Shown here: positions 48,751 to 59,790 of the stretch, in pieces
Position numbering within the stretch: the first letter of the stretch is position 1
Layout: the number at the start of each line of letters is the position of its first letter
Assembly: GCA_965201075.1 (NCBI GenBank)
Contig: CBDAVP010000016.1
Location: forward strand, 372,001 to 436,000
Origin: Isosphaeraceae bacterium
GTDB taxonomy: Bacteria > Planctomycetota > Planctomycetia > Isosphaerales > Isosphaeraceae
Direction of reading: 5' to 3'
Length of the DNA: 64,000 nucleotides
The notes under the pieces: model-generated
Seen by the model: the letters and a program-made list of their open reading frames with translations, nothing else
Database searches by the model: none
What the model was told of the DNA's origin: nothing
Made by a program: the position numbers and the translations under genes

Positions 48751-51570
48751 ATGAATCGCTCGACGGTCGGGACTCGGTCGAACCTGGACGTGATCGAGGA
48801 CCAGCATCGCCGCTGGCGGGACGACCCCGCCTCGGTCGACGCCAGTTGGCGGGACTTCTTTGAGGGCTTTGAGTTAGGTTCCTCTCTCGACCTGACGGCT
48901 CCGGCACCGGGGACCACACCCGTCGCGGCCGAACTCGGGCGGACCGACGCCGCCAAGCAGGCCGCCGTCACCCGGTTGGTCAACGCCTATCGAGAGATCG
49001 GCCACTACCTCGCCGACCTCGACCCTCTGAAGCTCAGCAAGACTCGCGACACTCACGAGTCTCTCGAACCCGCCGAATTTGGCCTGGACGACGCGGACCT
49101 CGACACGACCTTCGTGACCGGACTGGCCGACCCCCCTCAGGCCACCCTTCGCGAACTGATCGCCATCCTCCGCGCCACCTACTGCCGGACCGTTGGCGTT
49201 GAGTACATGCACATCCGCAACCCCAAGGTCCGCCGATGGCTCAAGGAGAGGATGGAGCCGGTTCGCAACCACCCCCGGTTCGACCTCAAGCAGAAGCGCC
49301 GCATCCTCTGGAAGTTGAACGCCGCCGAACTGTTCGAGACGTTTCTGCACACCCACTACGTCGGTCAGAAGCGATTCTCCCTGGAAGGCGGGGAGATGCT
49401 GATCCCCCTGCTTGACGCGATCATCGAGCGGGCCGGGATGTTCGGGGTCAAGGAAATCGTCCTGGGAATGCCCCACCGAGGCCGGCTCAACGTCCTGGCC
49501 AACACCCTGGACAAGCCTTACGGAATGATCTTCGGCGAGTTCGAGGGCAGCCTGCCCAAGACGGTCGCCGGCGATGGCGACGTGAAGTATCACCTGGGCT
49601 TCTCGGCCGACCACGTCACCGCCAACGGCCAGCGGATTCACCTGTCCTTGACGCCCAACCCCAGCCACCTGGAAGCGGTCAATCCGGTGGTCGAGGGGCG
49701 GATGCGGGCCAAGCAGCGGCGGTTCCGTGACCGAGACCGCAAGCTGGGCATCCCGATCTTGATCCACGGAGACGCCGCCTTCGCCGGTCAAGGGCTCGTG
49801 GCCGAAACTCTGAACCTGTCACAGCTTCCGGGATATCGGACGGGCGGGACGATTCACATTGTCGTCAACAACCAGATCGGTTTCACCACCGCGCCGATCG
49901 ATAGCCGCTCGACCCGCTACTGCACCGACGTGGCGAAGATGATTGAAGTCCCCATCTTCCACGTCAACGGCGAGGACCCCGAGGCGGTCGTCTACGTCGC
50001 CGAGTTGGCCACCGACTTCCGCGAGGAGTTTGGCCAGGACGTCGTCATCGACATGGTCTGCTACCGACGCCACGGCCACAACGAGGGGGACGAGCCGGCG
50101 TTCACCCAGCCGATCATGTACCGCAAGATCAAGGACCGGCCGACCATTCAGGAACTATACACCGAGCACCTGATCCTGACCGGCGACCTGTCGGCCGACG
50201 AGGCGGAGACCCTCTCCGAGACGTTCCGCGACAAGCTCCAGGCGGTCTACGACGAGGTCCACAACAACCGGGGTCCAATTACTCCCTTGCCGCCAGGGTT
50301 CACCGGTCCCTGGGCGGGCTTGACGCCGGTCTACTCGTTCAAACCGGTCGACACGGGGGTCTCTCGCGAAACCTTGGGCAAGATCGCCGATGCGACGACT
50401 CGGCTGCCCGAAGGGTTCAAGATCAACCCCAAGCTCGACCGGATCATGGCGGCACGCGCCAAGGCGATCCGCGGTGAGGCCCCGATTGACTGGGGGGCCG
50501 GCGAGGCGATCGCGTTCGGCTCGTTGTTGCTGGAGCGAATTCCGGTCCGGCTCAGCGGTCAGGACAGCCGCCGTGGCACCTTCAGCCATCGCCACGCGGT
50601 GCTGGTCGACTCCGAGACCGCCGCGTCGTACACCCCCTTGAAGAACCTGGGGCCCGACCCGGCCGAATTCTGCGTCTTCGACAGCCTGTTGTCCGAGGCC
50701 GCGGTCCTGGGGTTCGACTATGGCTATTCCCTCGATGAACCGAACATGCTGATCCTCTGGGAAGCCCAGTTCGGCGACTTCGTCAACGGCGCCCAGGTCA
50801 TCATCGACCAGTTCATCGTCTCGGCCGAGACCAAGTGGGGACGGGCCAGCGGCCTGGTCATGCTCTTGCCCCACGGCTATGAAGGACAGGGGCCCGAGCA
50901 CTCCAGCGCCCGTCTGGAGCGGTTCCTGTCCCTTTGCGCCGAGGACAACATCCAGGTCATCAACGCCACGACCCCCGCCCAGTATTGCCATGCCCTGCGT
51001 CGCCAGGTGAAGCGTGACTTCCGCAAGCCGTTGATCGTCATGACGCCCAAGAGCCTCCTGAGGCACAAGCAGGCGGTCTCCCAGGCCGAGGAGTTCGTCT
51101 CGGGGCAGTTCCGCGAGGTGCTGGACGACATCGTCGACGCCGACAAGGTGCGCCGGGTCGTCCTCTGTAGCGGCAAGGTGTATTACGACCTGCTCGACCG
51201 TCGCGAAAAGGCGGGCAAGACCCGGGATGTCGCGCTGGTCCGCCTGGAACAACTTTACCCCTGGCCGGTTGACGCCCTGAGGGCGACGCTGGCCCGTTAT
51301 CGCAACGCCCGAGAGTGGGTCTGGGCGCAGGAAGAGTCGCAAAACATGGGCGCCTGGACCTTCGTCGCCCCGCGTCTCCAGGAGTTCAAACCGTTTGAGT
51401 ACGTCGGCCGGGACGCCAGCGCCAGCCCGGCGACCGGCTCACACGCGGTTCACGATCGGGAGCAGCAAGAGCTGGTCGAGGCCGCCATCGGCGCGGCCGT
51501 CCCTCACCTGGTCTGCTCGACCCCCGCCCCTCGCCCGGCGGTCGCCCTGTCCAGCAATGGCAAGGACTGA
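48751..51570 (+). CDS. sucA: 2-oxoglutarate dehydrogenase E1
   Basis: KRFSLEG, GMPHRGRLNVL, GDVKYHLG, NPSHLE, HGDAAFAGQG, GHNEGDEP, WEAQFGDF, GPEHSSAR. Confidence 0.97.
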   Translation: MNRSTVGTRSNLDVIEDQHRRWRDDPASVDASWRDFFEGFELGSSLDLTAPAPGTTPVAAELGRTDAAKQAAVTRLVNAYREIGHYLADLDPLKLSKTRDTHESLEPAEFGLDDADLDTTFVTGLADPPQATLRELIAILRATYCRTVGVEYMHIRNPKVRRWLKERMEPVRNHPRFDLKQKRRILWKLNAAELFETFLHTHYVGQKRFSLEGGEMLIPLLDAIIERAGMFGVKEIVLGMPHRGRLNVLANTLDKPYGMIFGEFEGSLPKTVAGDGDVKYHLGFSADHVTANGQRIHLSLTPNPSHLEAVNPVVEGRMRAKQRRFRDRDRKLGIPILIHGDAAFAGQGLVAETLNLSQLPGYRTGGTIHIVVNNQIGFTTAPIDSRSTRYCTDVAKMIEVPIFHVNGEDPEAVVYVAELATDFREEFGQDVVIDMVCYRRHGHNEGDEPAFTQPIMYRKIKDRPTIQELYTEHLILTGDLSADEAETLSETFRDKLQAVYDEVHNNRGPITPLPPGFTGPWAGLTPVYSFKPVDTGVSRETLGKIADATTRLPEGFKINPKLDRIMAARAKAIRGEAPIDWGAGEAIAFGSLLLERIPVRLSGQDSRRGTFSHRHAVLVDSETAASYTPLKNLGPDPAEFCVFDSLLSEAAVLGFDYGYSLDEPNMLILWEAQFGDFVNGAQVIIDQFIVSAETKWGRASGLVMLLPHGYEGQGPEHSSARLERFLSLCAEDNIQVINATTPAQYCHALRRQVKRDFRKPLIVMTPKSLLRHKQAVSQAEEFVSGQFREVLDDIVDADKVRRVVLCSGKVYYDLLDRREKAGKTRDVALVRLEQLYPWPVDALRATLARYRNAREWVWAQEESQNMGAWTFVAPRLQEFKPFEYVGRDASASPATGSHAVHDREQQELVEAAIGAAVPHLVCSTPAPRPAVALSSNGKD

Positions 51571-52279
51571 CGATGGCGGGGCGTCGGCTCCGCCCGATCC
51601 GTCGCCTAAAGCCGATCCCGCGACTTTTCGACGGGATCGGCTTTGGTGGAAGTCCCGCCGCGTCTGGCTTGGGCTGGGCCTCGTGTTCGTCGGGGTCGGG
51701 GCGGCCCTTCAGGTGGAACGCTACCTGCCGGTGAGTTCCCGCCGCGCCGATCGGCTCGCCCGGGAATTCTTGGTACGGGCCGACCCGAGTTTCCAGCCCG
51801 CGAACTATCGGAGCGTGGTGATTCCTCGGGAGTTCGGCCGAGGGGTCCGCGAGTGTTGGGAGGTCAGCTTCCTTGACCGGCAGGCCGGGCGACGGTTCAA
51901 GGGATTCTACGTTTACGTCTACCGGGCCGACGGGATGTGTGCCCTGAGCCACGCCCCGCGCTTTGGGCCGCTGGAGGCTCGCCTTGGAAAGGATCTGGGG
52001 CGATTTGTCCCGGACGGGGTCTCGGGTTACGATAGAAGTCTCGGGGGTCGGGCATTGTGGGCGGCCCGAGGGGTTCGAGCGGTGGCCACCCAGGGGGGCG
52101 GGGTCCGATGGCGAGCGTGGACATCAAGGTGCCGAGCGTCGGCGAGTCGATCAGCGAGGGCATCCTGTCTCGCTGGCTCAAGCCCGACGGCGCCCCGGTC
52201 AAGGCCGGCGAGCCGCTCTTTGAACTGGAAACCGACAAGGCCAGCACTCCGGTTCCGGCCGAGTCCTCGGGTGTCCTGA
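51557..52279 (+). CDS. Small single-TM protein inserted between sucA and sucB; true end probably near 51947
   Basis: ATG overlaps the sucA end; [17 protein letters not shown] then ADRLAREFL...CWEVSF...YVYVYRADG; the remainder is low-complexity and overlaps sucB. Confidence 0.5.
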   Translation: MARTDDGGASAPPDPSPKADPATFRRDRLWWKSRRVWLGLGLVFVGVGAALQVERYLPVSSRRADRLAREFLVRADPSFQPANYRSVVIPREFGRGVRECWEVSFLDRQAGRRFKGFYVYVYRADGMCALSHAPRFGPLEARLGKDLGRFVPDGVSGYDRSLGGRALWAARGVRAVATQGGGVRWRAWTSRCRASASRSARASCLAGSSPTAPRSRPASRSLNWKPTRPALRFRPSPRVS

Positions 52280-53379
52280 AGATCGTCGCGACCGAGGGGT
52301 CGACCGTGGCCGTAGGCTCGGTGGTCGGCTCCCTTGATCCCGACGCCGTCGCCGCCGCTACCGCCTCTCCGCAATCGGCAGCCCCCGCCGCCAAGCCAGC
52401 TCCCCTGCCCCCGACTCCCGAACCGATCCAGGCGACGTCCTCCAGCAACGGCGGCGGCGGCGGGGCCGCGCTGGAGACCCTCGCTCCGTCGGTCCGCCGC
52501 GTCGTGGCCGAAACCGGAATCGACCCCTCGCGGATCAGCGGGACCGGTCGGGACGGCCGTCTCACCAAGTCCGATGTCCTCACCCACGCCTCGGCGACCG
52601 CCGCGACCGCCGCCACGGCCTCGGCACCGTCCCCGACCCGTGAACCATCGGCCTCGGAGACCACCCCGGCCCGCTCGACCGGTCGCGAATCCCGTCAACG
52701 GATGAGTGGGATTCGCCAGAAGATCGCCCAGCGACTAGTGGAGGTTCAGCAAACCGCCGCGATCCTCACGACCTTCAACGAGGCCGACATGTCGCGGGTC
52801 ATGGACCTGCGGGCCCGGTACAAGGAGCCGTTCAACAAGAAGCACGGGGTCAACCTCGGCTTCATGTCGTTTTTCGTCAAGGCGGTGGTTGAGGGGCTGA
52901 AGGCTTATCCGGCCGTCAACGGGCGGGTTGAGGGCAACGACCTTGTCTTCCACCACGACCACCACGTCGGCGTGGCCGTCAGTACCGAGCGGGGCCTGAT
53001 GGTGCCGGTCCTGCGAGACGCCGACCGGATGTCGTTCGCGGCGATCGAGAAGGCCATCGGCGACTATGCCAAGAAGGCCCGGGACGGCAAGATCGCCGTT
53101 TCCGACCTCCAGGGTGGGACCTTCACGATCACCAACGGCGGGGTCTTTGGTTCCTTGCTGTCGACGCCGATCCTGAATCCTCCGCAGAGCGGCATTCTGG
53201 GGATGCATACCATTCAGAAGCGGCCCGTGGCCGTCGATGACCAGGTGGTGATCCGCCCCATGATGTATTTGGCCCTTTCCTACGACCATCGAATCATCGA
53301 CGGGCGCGAGGCGGTCAGCTTCCTGGTCAAGGTCAAGGAAGGGATCGAGAATCCCGAGCGTCTGCTGCTCGAAATCTGA
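52108..53379 (+). CDS. sucB: Dihydrolipoamide succinyltransferase (E2o)
   Basis: Lipoyl domain [46 protein letters not shown]. Confidence 0.97.
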   Translation: MASVDIKVPSVGESISEGILSRWLKPDGAPVKAGEPLFELETDKASTPVPAESSGVLKIVATEGSTVAVGSVVGSLDPDAVAAATASPQSAAPAAKPAPLPPTPEPIQATSSSNGGGGGAALETLAPSVRRVVAETGIDPSRISGTGRDGRLTKSDVLTHASATAATAATASAPSPTREPSASETTPARSTGRESRQRMSGIRQKIAQRLVEVQQTAAILTTFNEADMSRVMDLRARYKEPFNKKHGVNLGFMSFFVKAVVEGLKAYPAVNGRVEGNDLVFHHDHHVGVAVSTERGLMVPVLRDADRMSFAAIEKAIGDYAKKARDGKIAVSDLQGGTFTITNGGVFGSLLSTPILNPPQSGILGMHTIQKRPVAVDDQVVIRPMMYLALSYDHRIIDGREAVSFLVKVKEGIENPERLLLEI

Positions 53380-53424
53380 GCCAGGGGCGCCGCGGCTCTG
53401 TCAGGGGGGTCGCGGCCCGTTTGG

Positions 53425-54846
53425 TTGGAACATCCTCCCAAGGAGCGTCGAGTGTTCGACTTGGTGGTGATCGGGGCCGGTCCGGGCGGTTATGTGGCGG
53501 CGATCCGGGCGGCCCAACTTGGGTTGAAGGTGGCCTGCGTCGAGAAGCGAGGCGCACTGGGCGGAACCTGTCTCAATGTCGGCTGCATCCCCAGCAAGGC
53601 CCTGCTTGACTCCAGCGAGCTGTATCACCTGGCCCAACAACGCTTTGGCAAGCATGGGATCAGGGTCGAGGGGCTCGGCCTGGATGTCCCGGCGATGCTG
53701 GCCCGCAAGGACGCCGTGGTCAAGGGGATGACCGGAGGGGTCGCCGGCCTGTTCAAGAAGAACAAGGTGGAACCGGTTTACGGCGTCGCCCGCCTGGACT
53801 CGCCGACCACGGTCTCGGTGACGAAAACCGACGGTGGGCAGGAGACTCTGGAGGCCAAGCACATCTTGCTGGCCACAGGTAGCGAGCCGATCGGCCTGCC
53901 GTTCCTGCCCTTCGATGGTCAGGTGGTCGTGACCTCGACCGAGGCTCTTTGCTTCGACCGGGTGCCGGAGCATCTGCTGGTCGTGGGCGGGGGCTACATC
54001 GGTCTGGAACTGGGCTCGGTTTGGAAGCGGCTGGGGGCCAAGGTCACGGTGGTCGAGTTCCTCCCCCGAATCGTGCCGATCGCCGACTTCGAGATTGGCC
54101 AGGCCCTGCACCGGAGCCTCATCAAGCAGGGGCTGGAGATTCAGTTGCAGACCAAGGTCACGGGAGCCAAGGTCGCCAACGGGCGAGCCTCGGTGACGGC
54201 CGAAACCCAGGACGGGCAGGCGCTGACCTATGACTGCGACCGCGTCCTGGTGGCCGTCGGCCGCCGGCCTTTTGCCGATGGCCTGGGGCTGGAGAGTTTG
54301 GGCGTGGCGGTCGACAAGGCCGGGCGGGTCGCCGTCGACCACCATTTTCGCACCAACGTCCCTGGCCTTTCGGCCATCGGTGACCTGATTCGCGGGCCGA
54401 TGCTCGCCCACAAGGCCGAGGAAGAGGGCGTGGCGGTCGCCGAGATTCTGGCGGGCAAGGCCGGGCACGTCAATTACGACACGATCCCCAGCGTCATCTA
54501 CACCTGGCCCGAAATGGCCAGCGTCGGCATCACCGAGGAGCAGGCCAAGGAGCGTGGTCTCGACTACCGGGTGGGTAAGTTCAGCTTCATGGCCAACGGC
54601 CGGGCCAGAGCAATGGACGAGACCGAGGGGTTCGTCAAGATTCTGGCCGACGCCCAGACCGACCGGCTCCTGGGCGTCCACATCCTGGGCCCCCGCGCCT
54701 CGGACATGATCGCCGAGGCCGTCACCACGATGGAATTCGCCGGCAGCGCCGAGGACATCGCCCGGATCTGCCACGCCCACCCGACGCTCTCCGAGGCAGT
54801 CAAGGAAGCGGCGATGGCCGTCGACCGACGGGCAATCCATAGCTAA
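53425..54846 (+). CDS. lpdA: Dihydrolipoamide dehydrogenase (E3, suc-associated)
   Basis: GAGPGGY, GGTCLNVGCIPSK, GGGYIGLE, MLAHKA, HAHPTLSE. Confidence 0.96.
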   Translation: MEHPPKERRVFDLVVIGAGPGGYVAAIRAAQLGLKVACVEKRGALGGTCLNVGCIPSKALLDSSELYHLAQQRFGKHGIRVEGLGLDVPAMLARKDAVVKGMTGGVAGLFKKNKVEPVYGVARLDSPTTVSVTKTDGGQETLEAKHILLATGSEPIGLPFLPFDGQVVVTSTEALCFDRVPEHLLVVGGGYIGLELGSVWKRLGAKVTVVEFLPRIVPIADFEIGQALHRSLIKQGLEIQLQTKVTGAKVANGRASVTAETQDGQALTYDCDRVLVAVGRRPFADGLGLESLGVAVDKAGRVAVDHHFRTNVPGLSAIGDLIRGPMLAHKAEEEGVAVAEILAGKAGHVNYDTIPSVIYTWPEMASVGITEEQAKERGLDYRVGKFSFMANGRARAMDETEGFVKILADAQTDRLLGVHILGPRASDMIAEAVTTMEFAGSAEDIARICHAHPTLSEAVKEAAMAVDRRAIHS

Positions 54847-54936
54847 CTGGCGGCTTGCGTCCGCCGCCCGATCCGCGATGATAACCCTCGAAGCCCAGGC
54901 CACGACTACGCGAGTGAGCGAAAGGTTCCCAAGTCC

Positions 54937-57784
54937 ATGTCCAACAGCTTCAATGCCCGAGCGACGCTCGCCGTCGATGACCGCGCGTTCCACATCTACC
55001 GGCTCGACGCCCTGAAGGATCAGGTCGGGGTCGACCTGGCCAGGCTCCCCTTCTCCCTCAAGATCCTGCTGGAAAACCTGTTGCGCAACGAGGACGGCGT
55101 GACGGTCACGGCCGACGACGTCCTGGGACTGGCCCGCTGGGACGCCCGGGCGATCCCCAGCCGCGAGATCGCCTTCCGGCCGAGCCGTGTCCTGCTCCAG
55201 GACTTCACCGGTGTGCCCGCCGTGGTTGACCCTCGCGGCCATGCGCGACGCGATGACCCGGCTGGGGGGCGACCCCAAGAAGATCAACCCCCTCCAGCCG
55301 GTGGAACTGGTCATCGACCACTCGGTTCAGGTCGACGAGGCCGGCACTGCCAGGGCGTTCTTGACCAACGCCGAACTCGAATTCGACCGCAACCGTGAGC
55401 GTTACGCGTTCCTTCGCTGGGGACAGTCCGCGTTCCGGAACTTCCGGGTCGTCCCGCCCGACACCGGCATCGTCCACCAGGTCAACCTGGAATATCTGGC
55501 CCGGGTTGTGTTCACCTCGACCGACATCGAGGGGGCCGACGCGACGGAGACCCCAACGGCCTACCCCGACACCCTGGTGGGGACCGACTCTCACACAACG
55601 ATGATTAACGGCCTGGGGGTGCTGGGCTGGGGTGTCGGCGGGATCGAGGCCGAGGCGGCGATGCTCGGCCAGCCAGTGTCGATGCTGGTGCCGCAGGTCG
55701 TCGGCTTCCGCCTCCACGGCCAGTTGCCCGAGGGGGCCACCGCCACCGACCTGGTCCTGACTGTCACCCAGATGCTCCGCCGCAAGGGGGTTGTCGGCAA
55801 GTTCGTCGAATTCTTCGGCGAAGGGCTGGCCCACCTACCGCTGGCCGACCGCGCCACCATCGCCAACATGGCCCCCGAGTATGGCGCGACCTGCGGGATC
55901 TTCCCGATCGACGCCGAGACCCTTCGGTTCCTGGAACTCTCGAACCGTCCCGCCGCACTGGTCAAGCTCGTCGAGTCCTACGCGCGAGAGCAAGGGCTAT
56001 TCCACTCGGCCGAAACGCCCGAGGCAACCTACACCGACACCCTCGACCTGGACATGGGCACGGTCGAACCGTCGCTGGCCGGCCCGAAGCGTCCTCAGGA
56101 CCGCGTCCCCTTGAGGGAAGCGAAATCGTCCTGGGAAAAGGCGCTTCATGGGATGCTCGAGGCCCGGCCGGCTCGTCCCGCCGAGGCCAAGGTCGCCGAT
56201 CCCAAGGCCGAGACCCGGCTGGAAGGGGAAGGTGGCGGCGGCACGGCGGTTGGCTCCGAGGACCCCACGGCCCCGGCAGCGGCGTACCGGCCGCTGCGTC
56301 AAGGGTTCATCGGTCATGGCTCGGTGGTCATTGCGGCGATTACCAGTTGCACCAACACGTCGAACCCTTCGGTCATGATCGCCGCCGGCCTGCTGGCCAA
56401 GAAGGCGGTGGAACGGGGGCTTTCGACCAAGCCCTGGGTCAAGGCCAGCCTCGCTCCCGGCTCCAAGGTCGTGACCCGCTACCTTGACGATGCCGGGTTG
56501 ACCGAGTCGCTGGATGCCCTGCGGTTCAACCTGGTTGGCTACGGCTGCACGACCTGTATCGGCAATTCGGGCCCGCTGTCGGCCGAGATTTCCCAGGCGA
56601 TCCGTGACGAGGACTTGGTCACCGCCGCGGTCCTGTCGGGGAACCGGAACTTCGAGGGGCGAATCAACTCCGACGTCCGTGCCAACTACCTGGCCTCCCC
56701 TCCCCTCGTGGTCGCCTATGCCCTGGCCGGGACGGTTGACATCGACCTGCAAACCGAACCGTTGGGGCGTGATCCCCAGGGACGGGACGTGTTTCTCAAG
56801 GAAATTTGGCCCACTCTCCGCGAGGTCCAAGAGGCGGTGAATCGCTCGGTTCGGTCGGAGATGTTCCACAGCGAATACGCCGCGGTGTTTCAGGGAGATG
56901 AACGCTGGAACTCCCTGGAGGTACCCACCGGCGATCTTTACGCCTGGGATGACGCCTCGACCTATGTCAAGAATCCGCCCTACTTTGAGGGGATGACGAT
57001 TGAGCCGCCGCCGGTGCGGCCGATCCGCGACGCCCGCTGCCTGGCGGTTCTGGGCGATAGCATCACGACCGACCACATCTCGCCAGCCGGGTCGATCAAG
57101 CGTCAAGGGCCGGCGGGTCTCTACCTGGCCGATCATGGGATCGATGCTCTCGACTTCAACTCCTTCGGATCACGTCGAGGCAACCACGAGGTGATGGTCC
57201 GCGGCACCTTCGCCAACGTCCGCCTGCGGAACCTTCTGGCGCCCGGGACCGAGGGGGGAGTGACTCGGCACTTGCCCGACGGCGAGGGAATGTCGATCTT
57301 CGACGCCTCGGAAAAGTATCGGGCCGAGGGGGTTTCGCTGATCCTCCTGGCGGGCAAGGAGTACGGTTCGGGATCATCCCGCGACTGGGCCGCCAAAGGG
57401 CCGAAGCTCCTGGGCGTTCGGGCGGTGATCGCCGAGAGCTATGAACGTATCCACCGGTCGAACCTGGTGGGGATGGGGATCTTGCCCCTTCAGTTCGGCG
57501 CGGGGGACAATGCCGAGAGCCTGGGCCTGACCGGCGAGGAGACGTTCTCGATCCACGGGGTTCGCGAAGGGATCGCCAAGGGGTTCGCCGGGGGCCGCGA
57601 GGTCGAGGTGGTCGCCACCCGGTCCGACGGCGGGGAGCACCGCTTCACCGCGTCGGTCCGGATCGACACGCCCCAGGAGATCCGCTACTATCAGCATGGC
57701 GGCATCCTGCCCTACGTCCTGCGGCAACTCCTTGCGGGCAAGGAGGATGTCTCGAATTCCGGCGACGCTTATCCAGTGGGATGA
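54937..57784 (+). CDS. acnA: Aconitate hydratase A, interrupted by one extra base at about 55230-55232
   Basis: N-part [14 protein letters not shown]...[15 protein letters not shown] and C-part LAAMRDA...DHSVQVD...GTDSHT...[12 protein letters not shown]...TTDHISP...[10 protein letters not shown] are in different frames. Confidence 0.93.
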
Positions 57785-57904
57785 GACGTGGACTTACCGC
57801 CAGGGCTTGTCCATCCACCCGGGCTGAAAAACCAATAGATCGTGCAGGTGCGGAAGAGTTTTGAGTTTTTTCCTCCCGACTCAAGCGGCCTGGTGAGGAA
57901 CGGA

Positions 57905-58207
57905 ATGGCGAGTCGGGAATTCCTGGAGGTCCGTCCTGGTCGCTTGCGGCTCCCCCCATCCCGCCCTCAAGGCGCCGATCCTTTCAAGCTCCAGCGGCAG
58001 ATCGCCCGCTTCGGCCGCTCGGTCGAGGGTAGGCCCGCCCTGGAAGCCTATCGAGGAAGTGACTCGGAACTGATGATCTCCGACGGCGTGACGAGGGCCA
58101 CGAGAGTCGCCAAACTCCTGCCTGGGCTGACCGTAATAGTGGAGGTGCTCGACAACTTGCCAACCCGTTTCGGTCATCTGCCCCCCGTTGAGGACCGATT
58201 GCCATGA
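57905..58207 (+). CDS. Stand-alone ParB/sulfiredoxin-like domain protein (100 aa)
   Basis: GAGGA SD; pattern EVRPGRLR...SR...KLQRQIARFG...PALEAY...LMISDGVTRATRVAKL...VIVEV follows the ParB-N layout, including a DGxxR motif. Confidence 0.65.
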   Translation: MASREFLEVRPGRLRLPPSRPQGADPFKLQRQIARFGRSVEGRPALEAYRGSDSELMISDGVTRATRVAKLLPGLTVIVEVLDNLPTRFGHLPPVEDRLP

Positions 58208-58419
58208 ACGACCCTTTGCGGCAAGATGTGCTCGACGCCCTTGGAGGCCTGAGCGAAGCGTTCCCCCACTGGCGCCTCGGCCAGATGTTGGCGAACCTCG
58301 CGGTCTCGGCCCGAGGGGCGACCCCCGAAGCCATCTGGGACGTCGAGGATGAAGAGCTTCTCGACGCGATCCGCCGGCAACTGGAGCGGCGACGCGAGCA
58401 AGCGGGCCAACCGGTTTGA
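58204..58419 (+). CDS. Small acidic helical protein, DUF1040/YihD-like pattern
   Basis: ATGA overlap with the upstream gene; LRQDVLDAL...FPHWRLGQMLANL...IWDVEDEELLDAI. Confidence 0.7.
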   Translation: MNDPLRQDVLDALGGLSEAFPHWRLGQMLANLAVSARGATPEAIWDVEDEELLDAIRRQLERRREQAGQPV

Positions 58420-58767
58420 CTGGGCGACCGGCCCGAGATCCAGCCGCTTGTGCAAAACTTCGCTCAAATCCCCATCATGCCGAACTCGCCGATTGGAATG
58501 AGCGGCCGATCCGCAGAGATTTGGGGGAATGGTCGGGGTCGGGAAGTTTCCTCCACCCCGCCTGGAATGGAGTCCAGGTTTTTGAGTAGACTAGGGCGGT
58601 TCCTCCGCAAGGCCCGCCATTGGTGGCGAGAGCCGCGGCACTCCGAGCGATTCCCCCTCGCGTTCGACCTGCCGCCACCACCTTCCGTCAACCGCCTTCC
58701 CGACGACCCGGCCCCCGGCCGGTTCCAGGAGTTCCCCGGGCGCGAACCCGACCAGGAGACGATCCCC

Positions 58768-59781
58768 ATGTCGCCAGCAACGCAGGCCGAAGCCAAGCCC
58801 GCGGTCGCCCGGAACCAGGCCGTGCAATGGTTGCGGCAAATGCTCCTGATCCGACGGTTCGAGGAACGCTCGGCCAAGCTGTATTCCGAGCAAAAGATCG
58901 GCGGCTTCTGCCACCTCTACAGTGGACAGGAGCCGGTGGCCGTCGGTTCGATCGGCGTCCTGCGGGAAGACGACTACGTCATCACGGCCTACCGAGACCA
59001 CGGCCACGCCCTGGCCCGCGGCATGGAGCCTCGCGCCGCGATGGCCGAGCAACTCGGCAAGTCGATCGGCTGCTCGAAGGGCAAGGGCGGGTCGATGCAC
59101 TTCTTCGACGCCGACCGGGGTTTCCTGGGCGGTCACGCGATCGTCGGTAGCCACATTCCCCTGGCCGCCGGGATCGCCTTCGCCATCAAGTATCGCGCCG
59201 AGGACCGCGTGGTCATCTGCTACTTCGGCGACGGGGCGATGGACCAGGGGGCCTTGCACGAAGCCTTCAACATGGCTTCGCTCTGGAAGCTGCCGGTGAT
59301 CTACGTCGTCGAAAACAACATGATGTCGATGGGCACCCACCTGCACCGGCATTCCTGCCTGATCGACCTGACGGTTCGAGGCGGAACGGCCTACGGGATG
59401 CCTGGGATCGCCGTCAACGGCAACGACATCGAGGAAATGGCCACGGCCACCCGCGAGGCCGCCCATCGCGCCCGGACCGGCGGCGGCCCCACCTTCATCG
59501 AGGCCAAGACCTATCGCTTCCGTGGCCACTCAATGAGCGACCCGGCCAAGTACCGCACCAAGGAAGAGCTTGACCAGGCCAAGGAGCGTGACCCGATCAT
59601 CGTCTACGAGACGGTGCTCAAGGAGCGCGGCTGGGTCGACCAGGCGACCCTGGAGCGCATCCACGAGGAGGTCAAGGCCGAGATCGAGGAGGCGATCGAG
59701 GCCGCCGACGCCGCCGAGCCGACCCCGTTGAATTCGCTCTACGAAGACATTACCGTCGCCACCCATATCCCTCAGGAGTGA
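58768..59781 (+). CDS. pdhA: Pyruvate dehydrogenase E1 alpha
   Basis: GGFCHLYSGQE, YRDHGH, GKGGSMH, FGDGAMDQG, TYRFRGHSMSDP. Confidence 0.96.
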   Translation: MSPATQAEAKPAVARNQAVQWLRQMLLIRRFEERSAKLYSEQKIGGFCHLYSGQEPVAVGSIGVLREDDYVITAYRDHGHALARGMEPRAAMAEQLGKSIGCSKGKGGSMHFFDADRGFLGGHAIVGSHIPLAAGIAFAIKYRAEDRVVICYFGDGAMDQGALHEAFNMASLWKLPVIYVVENNMMSMGTHLHRHSCLIDLTVRGGTAYGMPGIAVNGNDIEEMATATREAAHRARTGGGPTFIEAKTYRFRGHSMSDPAKYRTKEELDQAKERDPIIVYETVLKERGWVDQATLERIHEEVKAEIEEAIEAADAAEPTPLNSLYEDITVATHIPQE

Positions 59782-59790
59782 CCGAGTCCC

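Noticed and set aside
58450..58767. 106-aa N-terminal extension of pdhA, and similar extensions on glgB, mutS2, the DHS gene, the permease and pyrF in the ORF track
   Set aside because: Homology starts at downstream ATGs, in several cases with an SD-like sequence; the extensions overlap neighbouring genes or promoters
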